Source of the DNA: an uncultured Candidatus Sumerlaeota bacterium
GTDB taxonomy: Bacteria; Sumerlaeota; Sumerlaeia; MWCT01; JAGHBZ01
Direction: 5' to 3'
Assembly (NCBI GenBank): GCA_964608095.1
Contig: CAZSMK010000044.1
Coordinates: 1-64,000, forward strand
Length of the DNA: 64,000 bases
Shown piece by piece: positions 19,246-29,004 of the stretch (position 1 is its first letter; each line of letters begins with the position of its first letter). The translations under genes were made by a program, and so were the position numbers. The notes below the pieces were generated by a model. It was not told where the DNA came from. It was given only the letters and a program-made list of their open reading frames with translations, and made no database searches.

Positions 19246-20778
19246 GTGCGTAAAAAAGAATATATCACTGAATCAGTTCTGGGGATAGTGCTTGCGGTGT
19301 TGATAACAGTCATGATACTGAACGTGAATGTTGGATGTGCCGAATTGAAAGCCTTTGTCACCAATACAGGAAGCAATTCGGTGTCCGAGATCGACCTGGC
19401 GACAGGAGCGGTCAGTAACACCTATCCTGTAGGAACGCAACCAGTGGGCATAGGAGCTGACAAAAATGCCCATGTACTATATGTGGCAAACAGCGGGTCG
19501 CAGTCCGTAACAAAAATCGATCTGCACTCAGGTATAACGAGCACGCTCACCATCCCGGGTTCCGAACCCGAAAGTATCACAGTAAGCCCGGTTGATAACC
19601 TGGTCCTGGTGACATCAATGGAGCGGATTACCTCGGGCACCGGTTCTGCAAGTCTCGTTTACGTAATCGACAGTTCTTCGTTTACGGTTCTGGATTCTAT
19701 TCGCGTAGCCGACGATCCGGAAGACGACATCATCTCGGAAGATGGCCATCAGGCATGGATCGCCTCAGATGAAAAAATCCGGGAATTAGAGCTCAAGCCC
19801 TCGACCTTTCTCCAATTAACCGGCGTCATTTCAGGAACTGCGGGCATAGACGACTTCGAAGAGCTGGCGGTAGTGCCGGACAAATCCGTGCTGTTTGCCA
19901 CAAAGCCGGGACAAACACGCGTCGATGTCATCAGTCTATCAACCGAGACCATTATCGCCACAATCGCCACCGGCGCTGACCCTGAATCCGTAGTGTTACG
20001 ACCCGGCGGTGAGAAGGGCTACATTACCAACCAGCAGGGGAATTCGCTCACCATTTTTTCTCAGACGACCTATGATGTGGTTGACACAATGAATCTCAGT
20101 CTCATAGAAGCCCGTGGCATCGCGTTTATGCCCGATGGGTCGAATGGTTACGTGGTGATGTCGGGAAGCAATTCAGTAATTAAATTCGATCCGGATTCCT
20201 TGACCGAACTGGACACCATATCCGTGGGCACCCAACCTGAGGAAATTATCATCCTCGATGTTACCGCCCTTGAGCCGACTCCTACACCGATTGCGCACTA
20301 TGATTTCACAAGCGACGCGGAAGGATGGTCTTTCACGGGACAGGTGAATCCCTACGATCAACCACAATCGCGTGTGCAGGATGGACATATCGGGTTGAGC
20401 CCGAATGGTTCAACCAATTGCTTTTCCTACTGGTCCAGCCCCCACATTGAAATCGACGGAGCAAAACCTTACAGGGCTCGCTGGATTATGGGCAGCACCG
20501 TTTCGAATCCCGATCAGAGCGTGAATATTCGTCTTCGAGGAAACAATGTGGACAACTGGCTGAGCTGGCTTACTATTGTGAATAGTATAAACAGCGCCGC
20601 TCCCTCTTCAGGCGATTCAAAAATGTACGATTTGATAATGACGCCTGCCGGTGCTTCTGGTTCTAAAAGCCGCGTGCCGGATAACCTGGTGCTCAATTTT
20701 GACATTATGAGTTTCGAGATGAGCGACGATACCTCCTCATGGCTTTTTGCAGAGAGAGTGTGTCGCTCCAGGAAGTGA
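19246..20778 (+). CDS. Secreted YVTN-family beta-propeller protein carrying one intact A-type copy of the unrecognised C-terminal module (~20290-20760).
   Basis: YVTNTGSNSVSEIDL / YVANSGSQSVTKIDL repeats. LEPTPTPIAHYDFTSDAEGWSFTG...FSYWSSP...YRARWIMGSTVSNPD. GTG start with GGAGGT upstream; the ATG at ~19311 is an alternative. Confidence 0.7.
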   Translation: MRKKEYITESVLGIVLAVLITVMILNVNVGCAELKAFVTNTGSNSVSEIDLATGAVSNTYPVGTQPVGIGADKNAHVLYVANSGSQSVTKIDLHSGITSTLTIPGSEPESITVSPVDNLVLVTSMERITSGTGSASLVYVIDSSSFTVLDSIRVADDPEDDIISEDGHQAWIASDEKIRELELKPSTFLQLTGVISGTAGIDDFEELAVVPDKSVLFATKPGQTRVDVISLSTETIIATIATGADPESVVLRPGGEKGYITNQQGNSLTIFSQTTYDVVDTMNLSLIEARGIAFMPDGSNGYVVMSGSNSVIKFDPDSLTELDTISVGTQPEEIIILDVTALEPTPTPIAHYDFTSDAEGWSFTGQVNPYDQPQSRVQDGHIGLSPNGSTNCFSYWSSPHIEIDGAKPYRARWIMGSTVSNPDQSVNIRLRGNNVDNWLSWLTIVNSINSAAPSSGDSKMYDLIMTPAGASGSKSRVPDNLVLNFDIMSFEMSDDTSSWLFAERVCRSRK

Positions 20779-21132
20779 TAACCACAGACACGGGGAACAT
20801 AATCACCACGTATACGTTTGACTCAGGAGCGGAAGGTTGGACGTTTACAGAAAGTGTCCCCCCGTTCGACCCTCCAATCAGCAGCGCTTCGGAGGGTCAA
20901 CCAGACCGGTAACTGGCGCGCGTGGAACAAAATCGTACCCTCTTTTGGCGACAATTCTCCCACCAATACCACATACAAAGACTACGATCTCATTATCATT
21001 CCGCAGATGTCGACTGGTACGGATAACCTCGTTCTCAACTTTGACATCATGAGTTTCGATGTAAACAAAGACCTCTCGTCATGGTTGCTGCTCGACAACC
21101 TCGAGATAGAAGAGATCCTCATCGGTCCGTGA
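20760..21132 (+). pseudogene. Decayed B-type second copy of the C-terminal module. There is a +1 frameshift in a GTGTGT run (~20758-20763) and a ~60-codon internal deletion (~20885-20905).
   Basis: In a shifted frame: ESVSLQEVITTDTGNIITTYTFDSGAEGWTFTESVPPFDPPISSASEG, then a jump to LRRVNQTGNWRAWNKIVPSF...VLNFDIMSFDVNKD.SSWLLLDNLEIEEILIGP-stop. Confidence 0.55.
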
Positions 21133-21291
21133 GCGCGGATTGTAACGAGAAAAAGATTAAAAAAATATATATAGTAGTTATAGGTTATGGGAGGAAAATC
21201 CTAAGTGATATTACTCAGTCTACAAAAAATTAGATAAGTATATATAGGACTATGAAGTCGAAGCGGAAAATGTAAGTTTAATAAATGTCTG

Positions 21292-21726
21292 TTATTTGTC
21301 CTTTTGTCTTCCCAAATCTCTTCCGGGGCGGTCTCGTGATCTCTCCGGCTCTTTGCCCCCGGGTCTTCCCCTATTATGTCTTTTCTTTAAACCCGGTGGA
21401 ATCCTGTCTTCTGATACTCGCCTCCACGTACCTTCATACGATACACTGATCTCCCACCTGTTATTACGAAACCGGAAGTACCTCCCGCCGGAATAATAGA
21501 GATGAGGATGTCCAACCGAAACATACACACCGATTCTTGAATCAAAGACGAGGTCAATACCGTCGGGGTTTTTATGCCTGTACCCGTGCGCTGGAGCATG
21601 GGGAGGGGGACCGAAATCCCTGTGCGGTTCCGGATGGCTTCGCAGCCCGACATGGACACATGCATTAAAAACGAACAAAATTAAACATGAGAACAACACT
21701 GAAAGCACTCTTTTCTTTGTTCGCAT
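21292..21726 (-). CDS. Hypothetical lipoprotein, His/Arg-rich.
   Basis: GGAGGA RBS 7 nt before ATG (MRTKKR). Lipobox LFVFNAC. No recognisable domain. Confidence 0.5.
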   Translation of the reverse strand: MRTKKRVLSVLFSCLILFVFNACVHVGLRSHPEPHRDFGPPPHAPAHGYRHKNPDGIDLVFDSRIGVYVSVGHPHLYYSGGRYFRFRNNRWEISVSYEGTWRRVSEDRIPPGLKKRHNRGRPGGKEPERSRDRPGRDLGRQKDK

Positions 21727-22027
21727 GGTAATTCCTCCATTTTGCAAGGATAATAACAGTTACACAATAAAAGTTTAAATACGTTTCTCAGTCTGTTTAT
21801 CTAATTATATACATAAGGTAATAGTCGAATCAAAAGAATTATAGCATTCCGAATCTTCACTCATAGAGATGGAATTCTCTTTTTTAAAGTGCGAAACCAT
21901 CTCTTTGCGCATAAATTTAACAAAAAAATAGACGAAGAGGGTAAATTTAGCTTGACATCTCAATTCCCTTTGAGTTCAATCTATATCATCTGAATATTCA
22001 AAAAAAAAGTAAAGGAGGAAGAAAGAA

Positions 22028-22729
22028 ATGAAGGTAAGTATATTTTTGTATGCAATTTTGATGCTCCTGATGTGTCTTGTTACGGGGGTTCAAGCGGCAT
22101 TAACGTTACCCATCACCGACAATTTTCCATCAACCGGGACAGAGCAGTCCTGGGAAGACTATGATTCTGCGTATACCCTGGTTGAGGCATTCACTCCTTC
22201 AGCACCCAGCGGCGATGGCTACGTATTCAATGTCAACGACGGCTCGGGCTGGCAGGATGTCTTTCTGTCAGACGACGACGGTACTCTCGGTAATTACAAG
22301 ATTACGGCATATTTGTATCTTCCCAGCTCCGATGGTACAAACTGGGGTCGAGTTGGTATTTTTGGACGAGCACAAGGCACTCACTATACTACATTCCGTA
22401 ATTGTTATTTCTTCTGCGCTGACAGCGATGCCTCCGACTGCCTACGTGTCGGGAGGTATTATACTGATGGCAGCGATTGGGATGTTTACTATCAGGGTGA
22501 CGTGACATTAGACGCATGGCATAAGTTCGAGCTCGAACTCAGCAGCGCAAACATTGTAGCACGGCTCGATGATGTTGAGGTCTACTCAGGGACCGATGCT
22601 ACTGATTTCACCGCAGGGTACGTGGGAATTTTCAATTATATGGCGACGACATCCGCTCCACCTACCCGCTGTGACCGTATCACCATCGAGAGTTCCAACC
22701 TTGGTGTCGATGCATGGGATCTGTATTGA
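22028..22729 (+). CDS. Secreted concanavalin-A-like (LamG/DUF1080-like) beta-sandwich protein.
   Basis: RBS AAAGGAGGAAG. Signal peptide ...VTGVQA. Followed by a strong terminator. Confidence 0.55.
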   Translation: MKVSIFLYAILMLLMCLVTGVQAALTLPITDNFPSTGTEQSWEDYDSAYTLVEAFTPSAPSGDGYVFNVNDGSGWQDVFLSDDDGTLGNYKITAYLYLPSSDGTNWGRVGIFGRAQGTHYTTFRNCYFFCADSDASDCLRVGRYYTDGSDWDVYYQGDVTLDAWHKFELELSSANIVARLDDVEVYSGTDATDFTAGYVGIFNYMATTSAPPTRCDRITIESSNLGVDAWDLY

Positions 22730-22765
22730 TACTCATTGCTATTGACACCTCGTAATGAGGAAACT

Positions 22766-22801
22766 ACGCCCCACAGATAAGTGTGGGGCGTTTCTTTTTT
22801 C
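22766..22801 (+). terminator. Rho-independent terminator (bidirectional position between convergent genes).
   Basis: ACGCCCCACA-GATAAG-TGTGGGGCGT is a 10-bp stem, followed by TTCTTTTTT. Confidence 0.8.
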
Positions 22802-22823
22802 ATATTTATAACATCGACAAGAT

Positions 22824-25769
22824 TCAGGGAACTAACGTCATCTGATCAAATGAAGCTGATTCGAGGTACAGCCATGAGTTCTCGTTGTCAGTTGGATCAA
22901 AGTTAAGTATATCACATGATAGTACAACTATGCCCTCGTCAGCTCCCGTCACACACGGAGCAAACAATATGTCGTAGCTCTTAGGCTCGAGAGAGGTAGG
23001 ACTTTGCTTAAAAAAGCTGGGAACCACGCGTTCCCAACCCTGCCACGAGCCTTTCTGGTTGACTCTCAGCCGGAACTGCACGGCGTCGTCCGGCTCGCTC
23101 ACGCTGCTTGCCATCTCAAACCTTGCTCGATACATCCTCTCTGCCTCTATAGGAACATCCGGGCTGTACCAGTAGCCGAAACAATTGATGGAGCCATCCG
23201 GGCTGAGCCCGAGGTGGCTGGTTTCATTAACCGTCATGGGGGAGTCATAGGAGGATACATCTCCCACAAAAATCCATCCATCCGAATCGTCCATAAATTC
23301 ATAATGTTCAAGTTGTGCCCCGGTCTGTAATGAAACTTCATCAACGATAACTTCCTGGAGCATGAGCCATGATGAGCAGTCATCGGTCCATTCAAAACTC
23401 ATGACATCGAAATTCAGCACTACGGCATCACCGTCTTCACCGCTTACAGCGGGATTGAAAAACAAATCATACCACTTTGCCCTGGAAATGCAGCACGATT
23501 GTTGGTTGAAGCTGCTGACAATGCGGTTCCATCCCTGCCATGAACCAGTCTGGTTAACGCGCAGCCGGAACTGGACGGAATCATCCGCGTTACTGCATGT
23601 ACTTCCCATCAACCACCGAGCCCGGTAGAGTTTTTCGTCTTCTATGGAGAGGTACGGGCTGCTCCAATATGAAAAACAGTATGAAGAATAAAAAGGAGAA
23701 AGGCCGAGGTAGCCGCCCTGGCAAGACGAGGTTGCGATATCGTAATCCGCTATGTATCCGTGAAACTGCCACCCTTCGTTTCCGCTTTCAAAGGAGTACG
23801 TATGAATAGGAGTGGGTGTAGGTGTCGGTGAGGGTGTCGGCGTAAAAGAGGGTGTGGGTGAGGGTGTCGGCGTCGGGGTCTCGGTCGGGGTGACAGTGGG
23901 AGTGGGCGTTGGCGTAGGCGTCGGAGTCTGTGCAAAGTCGAAATCGAGTCTTGCTACCTCTCCTGCTGTTATATCGAAGGCAAGTGTTTGGTTGTCATAG
24001 CCCGTAAACGAAGCCGTGGCATGATAGTTAGCTCCCTCATCGAGTTTCAGGAAGGCATACCAGCCACAACCGTCGGTTGTTATGCTACCGCTCACACCGT
24101 TCGACAACGTTATGGTTGCGCCATCAATCGGGGTGCTCCCATAGGTGACTTTGCCGCGTAAAATACCCTGAGTCGGCGTATCGATCCAGTCAGCAGGAGG
24201 GACATCTCTCCGCTGCGTATAACAATCCGCTCGCATCGTGTACCAGAAATCCGTTGCCGGAAACTCGTTGTTTCTGTTGGTCGCCTTGTACTCGTAAAAG
24301 TTGGTACCCACGATATCGGGAATATCCAGTGCATAGAGAGTTTGGGTGACGCTGTCCTGGATATAGTTTAGATACACGCCTGGACCGTTAACGGCATGGC
24401 GTCCAGCGCAAGTGTCTGCAAGTTTATGAGCCCAATCGCGATAATCCTGCGCCTGACCTGAATAGTATTCTCGCTTGTAATTCATGAGCACGTTCATGTC
24501 CAGCAATCCCTCTTGCATGAATCCTACCCAGTCTTGGAACACAGAGGCGTAAGCGCTGCTCTTGGTGAAATCAGCGGGACAGCTGCCCCACTGGATGGTC
24601 GCTGCGGAGACTTTGCAATTCCAATCGATAGCCTTGACAGCGGCATAGACACGCCGCCCAAACTGGCGAATCTGGTCGCGCCGAAAATCGCAGAAATCAG
24701 GATCGCTTGTCGATGGAATTCCTGTTCTTCCATAGAGTGTATTGAACCTCTGAATTGCCACCGGATTGTAGCCCCAGCTGGTTCCCGGGTAACGATAATA
24801 ATCGAAATGAATACCGTCCACATCGTAATTGAGGACGATTTCTTCTACGACGTCGATGAGATAATCCTGGACGGCAGGGACACCGGGATCGATATAAATC
24901 GAACCGTCTGACTGAGAACCCGTGTTCGTCTGTCCTTTCCAATCAGGATGTTCAATAAGTACATGTCCGTCCGGTGGTGTACCGAGAGAGTCCCTCCAGA
25001 CCCTGTAGGGAACAAGCCACGCATGCACCTCGATATACTGCTTATCGTCAGAAGTATCATGTGCCTTGGCGAGAACATCACCGAGTGGATCATCGTAGCC
25101 GGATGCGACGTTATCCGCAAAGGGCTCGGTGGCGCTTTGGTAATACGCATCGCCCACCTTACGCACCTCCGGGAAGATTATGTTCATGTTGTTTTCCCGG
25201 GCGCACCCTATCATTGCATTCGTTTGCGACTCGGAATGAAATGATTGATTCCAGGACTGAATCCACATCCCCTGATAAAGATTATCGTAGGTAGTGCCGC
25301 TTCTGACGAAACGGACTGCGTCGGCAATGACCGCTTTATCAGCGGCGGACGAGTGATTGCTCAATACGACGGAGCCGCCGGTTGCGGGAAAATTATAGGT
25401 GCCTATAACGTGCCATTGAGAGCCATTTACCGTCTGGTCAACTTTGACCGTTGTGGCGCCGCCTGAATGATGTATAGTATATTCCGCATCCGTAGGGCGA
25501 TTTGTTCCTTCAAGGTACCATACCGCCACTTCAAAGGTACCGGCAGAGTTGAATTCGGGCGACCAGGTGGCAAGATGCGTGGCTGAACCGCTCACTGTAA
25601 GGGCATATTGGTATCCCGTGACATGATAGCCGGCGGAACTTCCCTCCTGCCAGGCCCCACTCAGGAGAAAAGAACCGCTCTGGTCATCAATAATAAGTGT
25701 TTCCGAACCGGCTGTTGACAGCGCAAAAACCATAACCATAGATAGTAAAACACTGATGTAGTTTTGCAT
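22824..25769 (-). CDS. Secreted GHL10 (PF02638-like) protein with N-terminal beta-sandwich domain, TP linker and C-terminal A+B tandem pair of the unrecognised module.
   Basis: AGGAGG RBS before ATG 25769 (MQNYISVLLSMVMVFALSTAGS signal peptide); the track ORF is longer. DVDGIHFDYYRYP is present. Linker [27 protein letters not shown]. Module copies at ~23319-23807 and ~22827-23318. Confidence 0.85.
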   Translation of the reverse strand: MQNYISVLLSMVMVFALSTAGSETLIIDDQSGSFLLSGAWQEGSSAGYHVTGYQYALTVSGSATHLATWSPEFNSAGTFEVAVWYLEGTNRPTDAEYTIHHSGGATTVKVDQTVNGSQWHVIGTYNFPATGGSVVLSNHSSAADKAVIADAVRFVRSGTTYDNLYQGMWIQSWNQSFHSESQTNAMIGCARENNMNIIFPEVRKVGDAYYQSATEPFADNVASGYDDPLGDVLAKAHDTSDDKQYIEVHAWLVPYRVWRDSLGTPPDGHVLIEHPDWKGQTNTGSQSDGSIYIDPGVPAVQDYLIDVVEEIVLNYDVDGIHFDYYRYPGTSWGYNPVAIQRFNTLYGRTGIPSTSDPDFCDFRRDQIRQFGRRVYAAVKAIDWNCKVSAATIQWGSCPADFTKSSAYASVFQDWVGFMQEGLLDMNVLMNYKREYYSGQAQDYRDWAHKLADTCAGRHAVNGPGVYLNYIQDSVTQTLYALDIPDIVGTNFYEYKATNRNNEFPATDFWYTMRADCYTQRRDVPPADWIDTPTQGILRGKVTYGSTPIDGATITLSNGVSGSITTDGCGWYAFLKLDEGANYHATASFTGYDNQTLAFDITAGEVARLDFDFAQTPTPTPTPTPTVTPTETPTPTPSPTPSFTPTPSPTPTPTPIHTYSFESGNEGWQFHGYIADYDIATSSCQGGYLGLSPFYSSYCFSYWSSPYLSIEDEKLYRARWLMGSTCSNADDSVQFRLRVNQTGSWQGWNRIVSSFNQQSCCISRAKWYDLFFNPAVSGEDGDAVVLNFDVMSFEWTDDCSSWLMLQEVIVDEVSLQTGAQLEHYEFMDDSDGWIFVGDVSSYDSPMTVNETSHLGLSPDGSINCFGYWYSPDVPIEAERMYRARFEMASSVSEPDDAVQFRLRVNQKGSWQGWERVVPSFFKQSPTSLEPKSYDILFAPCVTGADEGIVVLSCDILNFDPTDNENSWLYLESASFDQMTLVP
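22827..23807 (-). other. Tandem A+B copies of the unrecognised ~160-aa C-terminal module (GHL10 protein).
   Basis: IHTYSFESGNEGWQFHG...CFSYWSSP...YRARWLMGSTCSNADDSVQFRLRVNQTGSWQGW...VLNFDVMSFEWTDDCSSW. The second copy ends DQMTLVP-stop. Confidence 0.8.
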
Positions 25770-26099
25770 GTTAGTCCTCCTTGATAAATGTAATCGTCGG
25801 GAATTCAATACTCCCCTACTTCCCTCTTTGTGTTCATGAGGATTTATTGATGAAATCATCCGCAACAATTTGTTGTTGTCCTCAAGGCTTTGAAAATAAA
25901 GTATAGAGACACGCCCTTACTTTAATCAAGATAGATATCTTCTTTTTTGCAGGTCTAAAAAAATTCGCAGAAAGTCGAATATATCCAAATAAGGAATCAA
26001 CATTGACATTAAACTGAATTTTACATTTAATAGAAAGCGAGAGGTTGCCGAAAAGAATGTAAAGAGAGGCACTATAACTTCAAAAAGGAGGGTTGAGCG

Positions 26100-26456
26100 A
26101 TGGCAAATGAATATCATGAGACTGGTTTATCCGAAGAGGCAAAGGATTTTCATCGGGCTGCAAAGAGCCTGATCGAAGAGATCGAAGCAGTAGACTGGTA
26201 CAACCAGCGCGCTGATGTAACACAGGACGAAGAGCTCAAAGCGGTATTGTTGCACAACCGTGACGAGGAGGTTGAGCACGCATCAATGCTACTTGAATGG
26301 CTGAGACGAAAAAATACCATCTTCGACACCCAATTAAAAACCTATTTATTCACCACCGCCCCGATCACGGAGATCGAGGAACATGAAGAAGGGGGCGGCG
26401 AGGAGTCTTCAAACAAATCTTCTCCCGGGAGTCTCGGGATAGGGAATATGAAATAA
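26100..26456 (+). CDS. Encapsulated ferritin-like cargo protein (EncFtn) with C-terminal encapsulin targeting peptide.
   Basis: RBS AAAGGAGGG. ExxH motifs (EEVEH). The C-terminus ...GGGEESSNKSSPGSLGIGNMK matches the family-1 cargo-loading peptide consensus GSLxIGxLK. Sits immediately upstream of the shell gene. Confidence 0.8.
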   Translation: MANEYHETGLSEEAKDFHRAAKSLIEEIEAVDWYNQRADVTQDEELKAVLLHNRDEEVEHASMLLEWLRRKNTIFDTQLKTYLFTTAPITEIEEHEEGGGEESSNKSSPGSLGIGNMK

Positions 26457-26470
26457 AAAGGAGGAATGCT

Positions 26471-27274
26471 ATGGATATTTTAAAAAGAACGATTGCCCCT
26501 ATTATTGATAATGCCTGGGATGAAATAGAAGAACAGGCGAAACTGACGCTCAAAGGAAATCTTTCAGCCCGCGGTATTGTCGATTTTAGCGGTCCGCATG
26601 GCATGAAAAAGGACTCTGTTAATCTTGGTAAAGTTGAGAAAGGACAGACAACAAAAGGGGTAACATGGGGAATTCGAAAAGTCCTTCCCCTTGTGGAGAT
26701 GAAGGTTCCTTTTAAACTGAGCCTTACAGAGCTTGACGATGTCTCGCGGGGACTGAAGAATCCGGAACTCGATGCGGTGGAGGGCGCGGCTCGCAACGCA
26801 GCGTTGTTCGAAGAGAATGCGTTATATCACGGGTTTCCCAAAGCAGGAATCGAGGGCATTATCCCCTCCTCACCTCACAAAGCAGTGAGCATTCCCGCAA
26901 ATGTGTCAAAATATCCCGAGGCTATAGAACAGGCGATATTGACCCTTGAACAAGCAGGTATCGGTGGAGATTATACCCTTGTGCTCGGAACCGAGACGTA
27001 TAGCATCCTCATGCAGGGCGATGAAAAAGGATATCCCTTAAACAAGCGCGTCGCGGATATGATTCGAGGCAAAATTTTATGGAGTCCGGCACTAACTGGC
27101 GGTGTCCTGATATCCACACGCGGCGGTGATTACGAAATGGTTGTAGGTCAGGATTTCTCGCTCGGTTATTCTTCACATACCTCCGAATCGGTGGAGCTCT
27201 TCCTTATGGAATCGTTTACGTTCCAGGTGCTGGAACCGAGAGCAGCCGTAGAATTGAAACCCAAAAAGAAATAA
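26471..27274 (+). CDS. Family-1 encapsulin shell protein (Linocin_M18 / HK97 fold).
   Basis: RBS AAAGGAGGAA. MDILKRTIAPIIDNAWDEIEEQA...GGDYEMVVGQDFSLGY...ESFTFQVLEP is collinear with Thermotoga maritima encapsulin. Confidence 0.9.
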   Translation: MDILKRTIAPIIDNAWDEIEEQAKLTLKGNLSARGIVDFSGPHGMKKDSVNLGKVEKGQTTKGVTWGIRKVLPLVEMKVPFKLSLTELDDVSRGLKNPELDAVEGAARNAALFEENALYHGFPKAGIEGIIPSSPHKAVSIPANVSKYPEAIEQAILTLEQAGIGGDYTLVLGTETYSILMQGDEKGYPLNKRVADMIRGKILWSPALTGGVLISTRGGDYEMVVGQDFSLGYSSHTSESVELFLMESFTFQVLEPRAAVELKPKKK

Positions 27275-27311
27275 ATCCTGAATGTTCTAATATTCTATGC
27301 TAAAAGATATC

Positions 27312-27350
27312 CGGGGGAGGTTATGAGACCTCCCCCGCTTTCTTTTTATA
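27312..27350 (+). terminator. Rho-independent terminator after the encapsulin operon.
   Basis: CGGGGGAGGT-TATGAG-ACCTCCCCCG, followed by CTTTCTTTTT. Confidence 0.75.
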
Positions 27351-27403
27351 TCTATTCTCGTTCTGCCAATCTATATATTTTAATTCGCTCTATTATCCGG
27401 GGC

Positions 27404-28903
27404 TCAATCGGACACTTCGACCGGAACAACGGTTTTGTCGCTCTCGTTGCCGTTGTTATCAACGGCGGAAACAGCGACTTGCGTGATTTTGTCTTCTCCC
27501 ATTTCGAGACTGGTACTCGACTTGTCTCCGGGCACGAGTTCATAACCCCATCTGTCCTTTTTCTCCGAATAAACCACCCAGAGGAAGGGCGCTTCTTTCT
27601 CTGTCGCTTTCCATGATACCACGACTTTATCGTCTGTAATTTTAACCGCGACGTCCGGCGCTTTGGGTGGAGTAGCTCCGAGCCAGGGCGAAAGAGGCAC
27701 AAGTGCCGCTCTTCTATACGCTCCGTCAACAAGTTTTTGTGCCAGGGCGCAATCTTCAGCCAGTAACGGTCTGATACTGAAATGAATATTCCCCGGCGCC
27801 TCGGGTATAAAACCGCGCGTAATCATTATCTGGTTTATAATCTCGATACCTTCGTTCTCTCGGGCGAATTTACTGGTGTAAAGACCGGGCCAGATGTGAC
27901 GGTTCTTTTTATTCTCCCCTATCCACCATCCAAGGAGAACCGGGTAACTCTGTGGCACCTGACTGGTTGCCCAGTACAGCTGAGGCGTAAAATAATCCAC
28001 CCAGCCCTCGTTCAACCAGAGTTTGGCGTCGGCGTAAAGTTGATCATACTGATCGAATCCCGCAATGCTTTCGGGGTAGCCGGGTCGCCAGATGCCAAAC
28101 GGGCTTATGCCGAATTGGACAGAAGGTTTTGCCGCTTTGATTTCATCATACAGCCGCTTAATGAATGTGTTGACGGCGTCGCGGCGGAAATCACCTCTCG
28201 AGAGCGTGCCTCCCGTCTTCTTATATGCGTTCCAGCTCTCATCATCAGGAAAGTCTTTATTGTCGTTGTAACTCGGGTAAGGATAGAAATAGTCATCGAA
28301 ATGAACACCGTCCACATCATAACGTTTTACCACGTCCATAACCACGGCAATGGAATGATCCTGAACCGCTTTGAGTGCCGGGTCCATCCAGTAATAGCCT
28401 TGATCGCCGAGTTTCACCACGAGCTCAGGACGCGCCTTGACAATGGATTTCTCGGAGATTTCGCTTTTCATGGCAGGGTGGTTGGCGCGATAAGGATTAA
28501 ACCAGGTATGCAACTCGAGTCCGCGCGCGTGCGCCTCCTTTACCCAGAACTCCAAAGGATCATAGAACGGTTCCGGGGCTTTCCCCTGTTCACCGGTCAG
28601 GTAGTACGACCAGGGCTCGAGCTCGGATTTATACAAGGCATCCGCCTGGGGACGAACCTGAAACACGATTGCATTGAAGTTCAGTTCCTTTGACCTGTCA
28701 AGTATTGCAATCGCTTCTTTTTTCTGTTCTTCAGTGGAGAGACCGGGTTTAGAGGGCCAGTCAATATTGGCGACGGTAGCCACCCATGCGCCGCGGAATT
28801 CACGCGGCGGCGATGGAATTTCTTCCTCTGCGTTGACCAAACCGGGACGAACCATCATCAAAACAAGACCAACCGCACAGAGTGACAACAATAATCTACT
28901 CAT
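27404..28903 (-). CDS. Secreted GHL10 (YngK/YddW-like, PF02638) protein with C-terminal Ig/FN3-like domain.
   Basis: RBS GGAGGAG. Signal peptide MSRLLLSLCAVGLVLMMVRPGLVNA. Motifs RGAWVATVANIDWP and YDVDGVHFDDYFYP. Confidence 0.85.
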   Translation of the reverse strand: MSRLLLSLCAVGLVLMMVRPGLVNAEEEIPSPPREFRGAWVATVANIDWPSKPGLSTEEQKKEAIAILDRSKELNFNAIVFQVRPQADALYKSELEPWSYYLTGEQGKAPEPFYDPLEFWVKEAHARGLELHTWFNPYRANHPAMKSEISEKSIVKARPELVVKLGDQGYYWMDPALKAVQDHSIAVVMDVVKRYDVDGVHFDDYFYPYPSYNDNKDFPDDESWNAYKKTGGTLSRGDFRRDAVNTFIKRLYDEIKAAKPSVQFGISPFGIWRPGYPESIAGFDQYDQLYADAKLWLNEGWVDYFTPQLYWATSQVPQSYPVLLGWWIGENKKNRHIWPGLYTSKFARENEGIEIINQIMITRGFIPEAPGNIHFSIRPLLAEDCALAQKLVDGAYRRAALVPLSPWLGATPPKAPDVAVKITDDKVVVSWKATEKEAPFLWVVYSEKKDRWGYELVPGDKSSTSLEMGEDKITQVAVSAVDNNGNESDKTVVPVEVSD

Positions 28904-29004
28904 ACTATCTCCTCCTTCTCGACATGTTTTTATCTATCTCAAGCATGATGTGTTATACCTGTATCGTGTGTTTTCTGTCAATGACGGGATTGTAAACTGG
29001 CGCT

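Noticed and set aside
25770-25868. N-terminal extensions in the ORF track (1014-aa, 1021-aa, 404-aa and 187-aa versions).
   Set aside because: The internal ATGs at 25769, 32025, 16466 and 53688 each have a Shine-Dalgarno at proper spacing and begin a canonical signal peptide or domain start. The extensions lack an RBS.
27782-28693. 303-aa plus-strand ORF.
   Set aside because: It is fully antisense to the strongly supported GHL10 gene 27404-28903, with no RBS and no motif. Antisense ORFs 10717-11382 and 41169-41738 were rejected for the same reason.
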